Below, piece after piece: positions 8,962 through 16,666 of a DNA stretch of 33,614 nucleotides. How positions within the stretch are numbered: the first letter of the stretch is position 1; every line of letters starts with the position of its first letter. The notes under the pieces are model-generated. The model saw only the letters and a program-made list of their open reading frames with translations, was not told the origin of the DNA and did not search any database. Source of the DNA: a virus (taxonomy: Duplodnaviria > Caudoviricetes); the IMG/VR virus record IMGVR_UViG_3300020043_004190, positions 1 to 33,614 of that record; one strand, given 5' to 3'. Both the position numbers and the translations under genes were made by a program.

Positions 8962-9290
8962 TGTTTGTTATTATACGCAAAAGGGTATAATTTGTATAGA
9001 ATAGCAAACATTATACGTTTATAAATATAACTTTACCTAAATTGACTAAATTATAGCTTTATAAATATAACTTTTTGGGATTACAATACTACAATATACC
9101 TACTTTTTTGGATTACAACCTTATAAATAGTAAATTTTTATATAATTTTTAGGGTTGCAACTGTATAAATAATCTCCTTTTCTATACCGATAGGGTGCAA
9201 TGTGATAAAAATAAGCGCATTCTTATCATATCGGGTATAATAAGCGCATTTCATTATAAAAAACACACAACACTTAAATATAAAATCTCA
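8961..9290. repeat. Non-coding array of degenerate ~20-bp palindromic units at ~40-bp period
   Basis: TTATAC-N8-GTATAA-like units at 8971, 9011 and 9051; GGG..(T/C)AA unit ends at 9160, 9200 and 9240; AATAAGCGCATT at 9210 and 9239. Confidence 0.65.
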
Positions 9291-9360
9291 ACTTGGTGGG
9301 TACTTGTATAATGTATTGTAAAAAACCGATAAGTATGGGAAAACAATACTTACTAAGTAG

Positions 9361-9657
9361 TTACCTGCCATTTTCCCAACGACCGACAACCCAATCAGGA
9401 ACAATTCCATCATTAGTTCTATTGGCTAAATCTTCATCCCAAGCGAAATTGACTACTATCTTTTCATCCGAACTCCAATCCCTGCCAAAATCTTCAATAG
9501 TCAATTCAGCATCGTATTTAGACAGTAATGATTTTAACTCCTTTTGGAATTGTTCAACCTTATCCTTACCCGACAAAAAAACGGCAGGTAACAATGGTTT
9601 TGCGTCAGGCGGGGCGACTTGCTCCGAACGAACATTTGTGGTTAATTTATCTTTCAT
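9361..9657 (-). CDS. Cassette-borne hypothetical protein (98 aa)
   Basis: Starts inside the attC loop and its stop codon coincides with the TTA of the left core site. Confidence 0.65.
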   Translation of the reverse strand: MKDKLTTNVRSEQVAPPDAKPLLPAVFLSGKDKVEQFQKELKSLLSKYDAELTIEDFGRDWSSDEKIVVNFAWDEDLANRTNDGIVPDWVVGRWENGR

Positions 9658-9713
9658 TTTTCAAATTTACTTTTGTGGTTAATAATCCCGCCCGAACGCA
9701 AAGCCATCGGACG
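9361..9713. mobile_element. Integron-type gene cassette (353 bp)
   Basis: Left junction G|TTACCTGCC (9360-9369) is the exact reverse complement of GGCAGGTAAC (9583-9592) at the start of the attC-like hairpin; right junction G|TTAAAA at 9713. Confidence 0.75.
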
Positions 9714-9719
9714 TTAAAA
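9586..9719 (+). other. attC-like recombination site (134 bp)
   Basis: R'' AGGTAAC (9586-92), arm ATGGTTTTGCGTCAGGCGGG (9594-9613) pairing with CCCGCCCGAACGCAAAGCCAT (9687-9707) with one bulged base, R' GTTAAAA (9713-19). Confidence 0.75.
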
Positions 9720-9804
9720 AGTATCTTTTAACAATACAAAATTATACAAATAAGTAATACAAATTACACAATTTACTATTTAGACTTATTCTAAATTATT
9801 AACT

Positions 9805-9829
9805 AAAGTATCTTTAAACTATACTTTTG
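9805..9829 (+). promoter_or_regulatory. 23-bp operator-like site overlapping a TAnnTTTG promoter box
   Basis: AAAGTATCTTTAAACTATACTTT (9805-9827); TACTTTTG at 9822-9829. Confidence 0.6.
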
Positions 9830-9860
9830 TTTAATTTTGATAAAACCAAAACACAAATTT

Positions 9861-10970
9861 ATGATTAAAGACGGTAATAAGAAATTCGGCATTAAAGATA
9901 AATACGCCTTAATGTTAGGCTTAGAGTTAAACCATTCAAAGACTTATAGGTTAACCCCACAAAAGCAAATCGAATACTACAACCTAAAAGCAAACGAGGG
10001 TATTTTAAACGCTTGCGAAAACGTAGGTATCAATCCCGAAACAACTCCGATGTTATGGCTAAAGACTAAACACGAAAGCGTAAGAGTTACAAATCCATTA
10101 TTTAAAGCACCGGAGCAAACACAAATCGAGGATTTACATAAAGCGTTATTAAGCGATTTAAAAGACTATTCGCCAAAATACGATACTTATCAAAGACAAA
10201 CTTTAAAAGACCCGCATTTATTAGTTATAGATCCCGCAGACATACATATAGGTAAATTATGTAGTGCATTTGAAGTTGGCGAAAGTTATGACAATCAAAT
10301 AGCCGTTAATCGAGTTTTAAACGGAGTTAATGGAATACTTGACAAAGTAAGTAGTTTGAATATTGATAAAATACTTTTCGTAATTGGTAATGATATTTTA
10401 CATATCGACAATCCTAAAAGAACTACCACAAGCGGAACGCCACAAGATACAGACGGAATGTGGCACTCTAATTTCTTAATCGCTAAACAGTTGTATGTAG
10501 ATATTATCGAGAAATTAATGTGTGTTGCCGATGTTGAAGTAGTTTTTAACCCAAGTAACCACGATTATACAAACGGGTTCTTTTTGGCTCAACTAATTGA
10601 AACGCATTTCAGGAACTGCGAAAACGTAAAGTTTGATTGTAGTATAGCACATAGAAAATATTTTACTTATGGTGAAAACTTAATAGGCACTTCGCACGGT
10701 GACGGTGCAAAACAAGCTGACTTACCGATGCTTATGGCTCACGAAAGTAAAGACTGGGTAAACTGCAAACATAAGTACTTCTACATACACCACTTTCACC
10801 ACAAAATAAGCAAAGATTATATGAGCGTTTGTGTTGAGGCTTTACGTTCCCCAAGTGGCACAGATAGTTGGCACCACCGTAATGGTTATGAGCATAGTCC
10901 TAAAGCAGTTGAGGGATTTGTACACCACCCAAAGCACGGGCAAATAATGAGAATTACTAATCTATTTTAA
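9861..10970 (+). CDS. Calcineurin-like metallophosphoesterase
   Basis: DIHIG, GNDILH, SNHD, HGD and HHFHH motifs; ATG 9861 preferred over TTG 9837. Confidence 0.8.
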   Translation: MIKDGNKKFGIKDKYALMLGLELNHSKTYRLTPQKQIEYYNLKANEGILNACENVGINPETTPMLWLKTKHESVRVTNPLFKAPEQTQIEDLHKALLSDLKDYSPKYDTYQRQTLKDPHLLVIDPADIHIGKLCSAFEVGESYDNQIAVNRVLNGVNGILDKVSSLNIDKILFVIGNDILHIDNPKRTTTSGTPQDTDGMWHSNFLIAKQLYVDIIEKLMCVADVEVVFNPSNHDYTNGFFLAQLIETHFRNCENVKFDCSIAHRKYFTYGENLIGTSHGDGAKQADLPMLMAHESKDWVNCKHKYFYIHHFHHKISKDYMSVCVEALRSPSGTDSWHHRNGYEHSPKAVEGFVHHPKHGQIMRITNLF

Positions 10971-10981
10971 ACATAAAAATT

Positions 10982-11089
10982 ATGCAAGTAACATTAAGAA
11001 AAGAGAATTTTATAAGTTTTGGATTCGCATTTGGATTCGATGGAATTACAATCGGGTTTATCATTTGGGTGTTGGATATTAAATTTTAA
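10982..11089 (+). CDS. Small hydrophobic protein (35 aa)
   Basis: Read manually: MQVTLRKENFISFGFAFGFDGITIGFIIWVLDIKF; A-rich start context. Confidence 0.5.
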   Translation: MQVTLRKENFISFGFAFGFDGITIGFIIWVLDIKF

Positions 11090-11092
11090 CCT

Positions 11093-11401
11093 ATGTACTT
11101 AGACGAAGAGATTTTCAATAGCGAATTTAACGAACGCTTAGCAAAGGAACGAGCGCAAAATTATATGAGGCTAAAGGATGGCTATAAAGAGCCAAAAGAC
11201 AAACACGTGCAATCGGTAATTAATAAATTTGCTGAACGTTCCGAAATAGGTTTAATAAAATACGGCACTACTTTAGAACGTAACGACTTGAACCTACTCG
11301 ACTGGATAAACCATTTACAAGAGGAGTTGATGGATGCGACTTTATACTGCGAAAAACTTAAACAACTAACAAATGAGCCTAACACCACTACAAAGAATTA
11401 A
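11093..11401 (+). CDS. Hypothetical protein, possibly all-alpha NTP pyrophosphohydrolase-like
   Basis: G..KYGTTL.R.DL...DW..HLQEELMDA.LY motif (EExxD). Confidence 0.45.
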   Translation: MYLDEEIFNSEFNERLAKERAQNYMRLKDGYKEPKDKHVQSVINKFAERSEIGLIKYGTTLERNDLNLLDWINHLQEELMDATLYCEKLKQLTNEPNTTTKN

Positions 11402-11507
11402 CCGTATATTAGCTTTTTATTATAAGCGTGGCACGAATAAAGAAAGCGTTAACAAAGTGCAGAGAAACATTTTAGCGATTAAATTTAAAGATTATGGAAA
11501 AATTTAG
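11373..11507 (+). CDS. Small basic hypothetical protein (44 aa)
   Basis: Read manually: MSLTPLQRINRILAFYYKRGTNKESVNKV...; overlaps both neighbours. Confidence 0.5.
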   Translation: MSLTPLQRINRILAFYYKRGTNKESVNKVQRNILAIKFKDYGKI

Positions 11508-11709
11508 AAAACATTTAATATTTCATTTTGAATATGAAACAGCAAATAATAAAGGCAGTAGAACTTATGAGGTTAATGTTTCTTATTTTCTAAGTAAAAG
11601 CAAAATTATAAAAGAATTTATGAAATGGTTAAATATTGAAAACGATAAAATAAAAGAACATTTAAAAACAGAAACGTTTATTAAAAACCCTAAAATAATA
11701 GGACTATGA
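11494..11709 (+). CDS. Hypothetical protein
   Basis: 71-aa ORF coupled to the next gene (ATGA). Confidence 0.5.
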   Translation: MEKFRKHLIFHFEYETANNKGSRTYEVNVSYFLSKSKIIKEFMKWLNIENDKIKEHLKTETFIKNPKIIGL

Positions 11710-12161
11710 AACACACACTAATTATCCTAAGCGCATTCGTTCTATTCGGGTGCTCTTCTCGAAAAGTAAACAAAACCGAAGTAAAAGAAACAACCGAAGT
11801 TAAGGCAATCGACACTTCAAAAACCGTTACCAATACTCAAAAGTTTGAAAGGTCAGTCGATACATCAACGGTTAATGAGTTTGAGATAGTACCGATTGAT
11901 ATTAATAAACCAATGGTAATAAACGGTAAGACTTACACAAACGCTATTTTAAAGCGTAAAATAACTAAACTTAATAAAGTAGTCGAGTTAACAGAGAAAG
12001 TTGCTCAAATCCAACGTAAAGGCGTAAATAAGGCTATTAAGACGGATAAAACCATCAAAGAAAAACAAACCGAGCGAGAAAGTGGGTTTAGTTGGTGGTG
12101 GTTATTAATCCTGATTCCGATTTATGTAATTTACCGAGAATTTAAAAACCCACTTAGTTAG
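11706..12161 (+). CDS. Unimolecular spanin-like lipoprotein
   Basis: Lipobox LFGC, a beta-rich middle region and a C-terminal TM segment WWWLLILIPIYVIY. Confidence 0.65.
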   Translation: MKHTLIILSAFVLFGCSSRKVNKTEVKETTEVKAIDTSKTVTNTQKFERSVDTSTVNEFEIVPIDINKPMVINGKTYTNAILKRKITKLNKVVELTEKVAQIQRKGVNKAIKTDKTIKEKQTERESGFSWWWLLILIPIYVIYREFKNPLS

Positions 12162-12175
12162 TGGGTTTCTTTTTT
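12144..12175. terminator. Bidirectional terminator between convergent operons
   Basis: AAAAACCCACT-TAGTT-AGTGGGTTT then CTTTTTT. Confidence 0.75.
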
Positions 12176-12382
12176 AAATGTTTCGTTGTAGTATTGTTCG
12201 GCTTCTAACCATTCCGATTGTAGTGGTTTTTTTACTCTTGCCTCAATTATCTGTTGCTTTTCCATTTCAATAAACTTAATATAACTGTTTATAAACTCCT
12301 TTCCTTCGGTAGTGTAAACGTTGAATAAATTAGGATGTTCAATTTCTAATTTACTGAATAATTCTTGCATTGCTGTTTTCAT
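12158..12382 (-). CDS. Hypothetical phage protein
   Basis: 74 aa, MKTAMQEL...EMEKQQIIEA...AEQYYNETF; coupled ORF. Confidence 0.6.
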   Translation of the reverse strand: MKTAMQELFSKLEIEHPNLFNVYTTEGKEFINSYIKFIEMEKQQIIEARVKKPLQSEWLEAEQYYNETFKKETH

Positions 12383-12573
12383 AATTTAATTAGTTTTATT
12401 TTATCAAATTTGTCTTTTGTTACAATATATCCAAGTGCTTCATAAAGTTTAAGATATCGGTAAACCGTTCTTGTATTTACGTTTAGATATTTAGCCATTG
12501 TGTGCATATTTCTCGGCTTGTCTTGAAGGTACTCCATAAGCCTTATGCACCTATACATTTTGTGTTGGTTCAT
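12379..12573 (-). CDS. Small winged-HTH DNA-binding protein
   Basis: MAKYLNVNTRTVYRYL..Y..LG HTH motif. Confidence 0.7.
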   Translation of the reverse strand: MNQHKMYRCIRLMEYLQDKPRNMHTMAKYLNVNTRTVYRYLKLYEALGYIVTKDKFDKIKLIKL

Positions 12574-12767
12574 AATAAATAAGGTTCAATTTTAGCATCG
12601 GCAATAGTTTCAAATTTCTGCGTATCAAACCAAAAGATGGTATAAAAATATCCGTTATCGGTTTTCTCACATCCTGAAAGTCTAAACTCCCGATTGCTTT
12701 TACTCTTGAAAGTCCTCACCGTAGGCGCTCCATACGTGGACTGTAAATCCTTGCTTTTCGATTTCAT
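12570..12767 (-). CDS. Hypothetical protein
   Basis: 65-aa coupled ORF. Confidence 0.5.
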   Translation of the reverse strand: MKSKSKDLQSTYGAPTVRTFKSKSNREFRLSGCEKTDNGYFYTIFWFDTQKFETIADAKIEPYLL

Positions 12768-12960
12768 CTTTTCTATATTTTTGAATTATTGATAATTTTC
12801 CTTTTGGTTGCTTTACTTCTATAAACATTGTTTCGCCATTTCTAAAGCAAACTAAATCAGGTATCCCGTTGCAGTTTGTCTTTATTAGCTTAACGCAAAG
12901 CCATCCCTCTTTTTGTAGTTGCGTTATTATTTTGGATTGGATTTTGCTTTCTAATGCCAT
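12700..12960 (-). CDS. VRR-NUC domain nuclease
   Basis: ESKIQ..., GIPDL, FIEVK and G.LS..Q motifs; probable start ATG 12960. Confidence 0.85.
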   Translation of the reverse strand: MALESKIQSKIITQLQKEGWLCVKLIKTNCNGIPDLVCFRNGETMFIEVKQPKGKLSIIQKYRKDEIEKQGFTVHVWSAYGEDFQE

Positions 12961-14173
12961 AATCTCGTTTAAAAATTTCGTTAGTATAATCTTTCTTTTT
13001 ACATACCGAAGCGTATATTTTTGCCTCGATTCCGCCCTCTGAGAATATCCAATAAACATCGTTTGATTTTCTATCCATTGTCGTTAAACGGTCACGGCTT
13101 TGCCAGTAGCTAACAGACGAGAAGTCGATATTGTAATAAACCAAATACTTTGCTTTAGCTAAACTTATTCCTTCACGACCCGAAACAATCTGTAAAGCGA
13201 TGCTCTTATCGGTAGTGTTAAACTCATTTAAGTCGTTGCAAACGCTACTTTTTAAAATTGACTTAATTGCATTGTATTCCTCAACAAACTTGTAAAAGAT
13301 TGCTATTTTCTGTCCTTTGAATTTCTCAGCTATAAACAAAGCCTTTGAGTAATCAATCACCTTACTACTGCCATCCTCAAATTTGCACGTTCCACTATAA
13401 AGCTGATGAAGTTTCTGCTGTAGCTTTACGCTTGTATCCGCTAATATGGTTTGACCTTCTTTGTTAGTCACTACTAAATCGGCTTTTAACTTCTCAGCTA
13501 TCTTATGAGTGATAGGGTCTAAATCGCAGTATAAAACATTCTCAAAAACTTGCGTTTCAAATCCCGCTTCAACTTGCGTAAAGGTTAGAATGTAATATCT
13601 TATCAAATGCCAAAAGTCTTTTTTACGGGCGTTGGAGTAGTCATTTACTTTGGCGTATCCTAAATGCTTTATCTCGATATCTACGTACTCGTTCGCCCAT
13701 TTATAAAAGTTGGCGTATTCCTTAAAAGGCGAATGATTACTTACCCAAAATTGGTGATACCATTGCGAATGACTTTCTGCCGTTGGTGTTCCTGATAAGA
13801 ATATCATAGGCAAATCGCCAAACATTTTTTTAAATAGCTTTGCCGTTGCGTTTGGTTTTGGGTACGCTCCAAATCTGTGATGTTCATCGTGAATGATTAA
13901 GTCAAAATCGCCTTGTACCTTATGTAAACTTTCATCATTAGCGATTGTTAATTTGAAACTAAAACCTACATTATCAAAGTCAGATTGCACACTTGAAAAA
14001 GCTCTTATCTTAGTCAGGAATAATACATTTTTAGCACCGTAATTTTGAGCCGTTTGCAAAGCCATAAGTGATTTTCCAGTTCTGACCTGACAAGCTAAAT
14101 AAACTATTTTTTTACGCTGTAATATTTCACAAGCATCGTTGGCTAATCTTATTTGGTATTTTCTTAATTCCAT
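12890..14173 (-). CDS. Superfamily 2 (SNF2/ResIII-like) helicase
   Basis: LRKYQ Q-motif, RTGKS Walker A, DEHH, LSGTP, GREGISL and QSRDR. Confidence 0.85.
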   Translation of the reverse strand: MELRKYQIRLANDACEILQRKKIVYLACQVRTGKSLMALQTAQNYGAKNVLFLTKIRAFSSVQSDFDNVGFSFKLTIANDESLHKVQGDFDLIIHDEHHRFGAYPKPNATAKLFKKMFGDLPMIFLSGTPTAESHSQWYHQFWVSNHSPFKEYANFYKWANEYVDIEIKHLGYAKVNDYSNARKKDFWHLIRYYILTFTQVEAGFETQVFENVLYCDLDPITHKIAEKLKADLVVTNKEGQTILADTSVKLQQKLHQLYSGTCKFEDGSSKVIDYSKALFIAEKFKGQKIAIFYKFVEEYNAIKSILKSSVCNDLNEFNTTDKSIALQIVSGREGISLAKAKYLVYYNIDFSSVSYWQSRDRLTTMDRKSNDVYWIFSEGGIEAKIYASVCKKKDYTNEIFKRDYGIRKQNPIQNNNATTKRGMALR

Positions 14174-14176
14174 ATC

Positions 14177-15289
14177 TTAAAAATCTACTTCTTCAGTTAT
14201 TAATTTTCCCGTCTTAATTGTAAACCATTGCATCCCGTTACTATTTCCGCTGTCATATTCAACATCGATAAATTTGCAATATTTCTGCACCCAAATATTA
14301 AACTTCTTACGGGTTAAGAACTTTTGATAATCTTTGTACTCATTCACGAAATTGTTAAAGGCAAATTGTTTGTCAACTCTTTCGTTTCTTAAACAGTTGT
14401 CAGGTTCGTGTATCCATTCGTAAAACTCCATCGAGGTTTCAGCAATGAATTTTCTCATCTTAATATTTTTAGCGTTTTGCTTAACCAATCCATTAGCTAA
14501 AAACTTCTGCAAACAGTCAACCATATAATTATCAAACTTTTGAAAATCAATCAAATCCCAATCGTCAAACAGCTGTCTGCCGAACTCATCCTCTGGAGTT
14601 AATTTACTGCCGTAGTATTGTGCTATCTCGACCTCAAATCGTCTACGGTCGTGGCTGTTTCCTTCTCCCTTAATTGCGTAGTTAGTTGAGATTATAAGTT
14701 TTGGACTGTCGTGTACGTTTAGCTTAATAGCGTCTTTATTTTTACGCTCTAAGGTTAAGCCTTCCGTTACTAAACTAAACTTTTCCTCAAAAGAAAATCC
14801 TTTGGCTACATCGTCAAAAACTAAAATCTTTGTATCGAGTGATACCGTTTGATAAGCGAAAGACTTTTTGCCATCAAATAACTTACCATCGATTATACTT
14901 GTTTTTCTTATTTGGCTTATACCTTGCACAAATACACCTTTACCGGTTCCGCCTTCGGGGTTTTCACTTATTACCTCGTCGTTAAGGATTACGGCTTTGT
15001 TGTTGCTTCTATTTTTGTAAGTTGATAGCAAGTATCCAATCACACACTCAACGGCAAATGGTTCATTATTTGATATGTTGTTAATAAATGTTTGATAATC
15101 ATTATCAAAGTCCTCAATCTCTACAAAGTCACGGTCTAATATGTGGTCATTCCAAATGTAATAGCCAACATCGATAAAGTCTATTAGTTTAAAATCGTCT
15201 TTGGTAACTTCTAAAACTCCGTTTTGATAAGGTATGTAAGATTTAAACTTTGTGTCCGATAAAATTGATAGGTCAATACTTTCCAACAT
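14177..15289 (-). CDS. Primase-associated SF3 (D5/P4-type) helicase domain; in-frame continuation of 15299..16510
   Basis: GGTGKG Walker A, LVFDD Walker B, STN motif C and RRR arginine finger. Confidence 0.8.
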   Translation of the reverse strand: MLESIDLSILSDTKFKSYIPYQNGVLEVTKDDFKLIDFIDVGYYIWNDHILDRDFVEIEDFDNDYQTFINNISNNEPFAVECVIGYLLSTYKNRSNNKAVILNDEVISENPEGGTGKGVFVQGISQIRKTSIIDGKLFDGKKSFAYQTVSLDTKILVFDDVAKGFSFEEKFSLVTEGLTLERKNKDAIKLNVHDSPKLIISTNYAIKGEGNSHDRRRFEVEIAQYYGSKLTPEDEFGRQLFDDWDLIDFQKFDNYMVDCLQKFLANGLVKQNAKNIKMRKFIAETSMEFYEWIHEPDNCLRNERVDKQFAFNNFVNEYKDYQKFLTRKKFNIWVQKYCKFIDVEYDSGNSNGMQWFTIKTGKLITEEVDF

Positions 15290-15298
15290 TAAAAGATA

Positions 15299-16510
15299 CT
15301 ACTCACTAAATAAATTTTGATACCCAGCGCAATAGTTCCAAACTGTAAACTCTCTTTTTTCCATCAAATAGTCAAGAACAAAATCCTTTATTACTTCGAC
15401 TGATGTTGTTTTAACTTTATTGCTTTGTATAAATACCCAACTCGGTTTTTGACTGTCGTTTGGATAATGCTTTTTAAAGCCGTTACGCTCTAAAAATAAC
15501 TTATACTTTAAAGGCTCTATTTTTACATTTCCTTTTTTATCAATAGTCCAAAAATCGTCGTGGGTTTCTTCTTCCTTTAATTCGTTGTAAACATCCTCCG
15601 CTATGTTATGCTTTTTAAGTACTTCCTCTTTGCCGTTCTTTAAATCAACTTTAATGGCTTTGATTTTATTATAGTCCTCAAAAAATTTACTATTGAACTG
15701 TCTTAAACGATATGCGCTTTTAATAGTGGTCTTTGCTTCACGTTCTGAGAAGTCACCGATTATAACGTTATTTAAGATATATCCTTCGGCTGTGCCTTCA
15801 CTTATACCATATTCACAAAAAGCACCCGCTAAATCAAATATAAATGCGTTTCTTTCACCCTCTCTAAAGTCTTTGCTCCAGTTGAAAGCCATTATCTTTT
15901 CGATAATCTTATCCTCGTCGCTAATTGGCACTAAAGGGGCTTTCTCTTTTATCTCAAATCCTTCATCTATTATATTGGCTTCAAAAGTGGTTGCATCCCA
16001 ATTCACATAAATATTAGGGTCATAGCTTTCAAAACAAACTCGGTCAACGTTGCAGTTAGATATATCGAAATAATCAAAATCAAATTCCTTTTGAAAAGCC
16101 TTAAATATTTTAGGGTGTGTTTCTTTTGTTGCGGTTGGTATCTTAACTACGCCTTTAATTCCGTTCCCTGATGGGGAAATAAATAGTAATAAGAAATGCG
16201 GGTTTTCTTTAAGTAGTTTTAAGTGTTCAAACATCACCTCGTCATTCTCATACTTATCAAAATCCACTACCATCAAACCCGAATGTTTTGTCAAAGATTT
16301 TGAATTACGCTCTGAAAACTCACCCGCAAATAAAATAGACGGTAATTCAGTTTTAAGGGCGTTTCTCAACTCTTTAGTCTCTGATTTACGGATGCGATTA
16401 ATTAAGTCCTTAGAAGTACCTTGTTGTATCCTTTTGATTATTTTTTCAATAGGAACTATAAAGGGAACATCCTGAGATTTAAATAAATCTTTAAAAACTG
16501 ATACGTTCAT
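15299..16510 (-). CDS. Primase-polymerase N-terminal part (VirE_N/BT4734-like plus PriCT-like)
   Basis: HSGLMVVDFD, FISPSGNGIK, DRVCFESYD and EGERNAFIF motifs; ends at a single TAG in frame with the helicase part. Confidence 0.75.
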   Translation of the reverse strand: MNVSVFKDLFKSQDVPFIVPIEKIIKRIQQGTSKDLINRIRKSETKELRNALKTELPSILFAGEFSERNSKSLTKHSGLMVVDFDKYENDEVMFEHLKLLKENPHFLLLFISPSGNGIKGVVKIPTATKETHPKIFKAFQKEFDFDYFDISNCNVDRVCFESYDPNIYVNWDATTFEANIIDEGFEIKEKAPLVPISDEDKIIEKIMAFNWSKDFREGERNAFIFDLAGAFCEYGISEGTAEGYILNNVIIGDFSEREAKTTIKSAYRLRQFNSKFFEDYNKIKAIKVDLKNGKEEVLKKHNIAEDVYNELKEEETHDDFWTIDKKGNVKIEPLKYKLFLERNGFKKHYPNDSQKPSWVFIQSNKVKTTSVEVIKDFVLDYLMEKREFTVWNYCAGYQNLFSE

Positions 16511-16527
16511 AATTTTGTTGTTTTAAA

Positions 16528-16628
16528 AACATAGCAAACATTTAATCGCTTTCCTATACCCTTTTATAAATAATGAATTTCATTTTAGGGGGTGGGGGTC
16601 TTTTTTATGAAAAAATGTTTGCTATGTT
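16528..16628. repeat. Symmetric inverted-repeat element (candidate replication origin)
   Basis: Perfect 16-bp IR AACATAGCAAACATTT (16528-43 / 16613-28), central palindrome AATGAA-T-TTCATT centred on the same base (16578), and a GGGGGTGGGGG tract. Confidence 0.65.
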
Positions 16629-16666
16629 GACTTTATTAGTATTAATAAGGCTTCAAAGGGTAATAA

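Noticed and set aside
8961-9290. CRISPR (mini-)array or TIGR-type array
   Set aside because: The units are only ~20 bp, degenerate and variable in their centre, with 20-bp spacers; no cas or Nop-domain gene is recognisable in the complete genome
9293-9731. Plus-strand ORFs 9293..9682 and 9528..9731
   Set aside because: They are shadows of the minus-strand cassette gene and attC; they have non-ATG or weak starts, Ser-rich composition, and cross the cassette junctions
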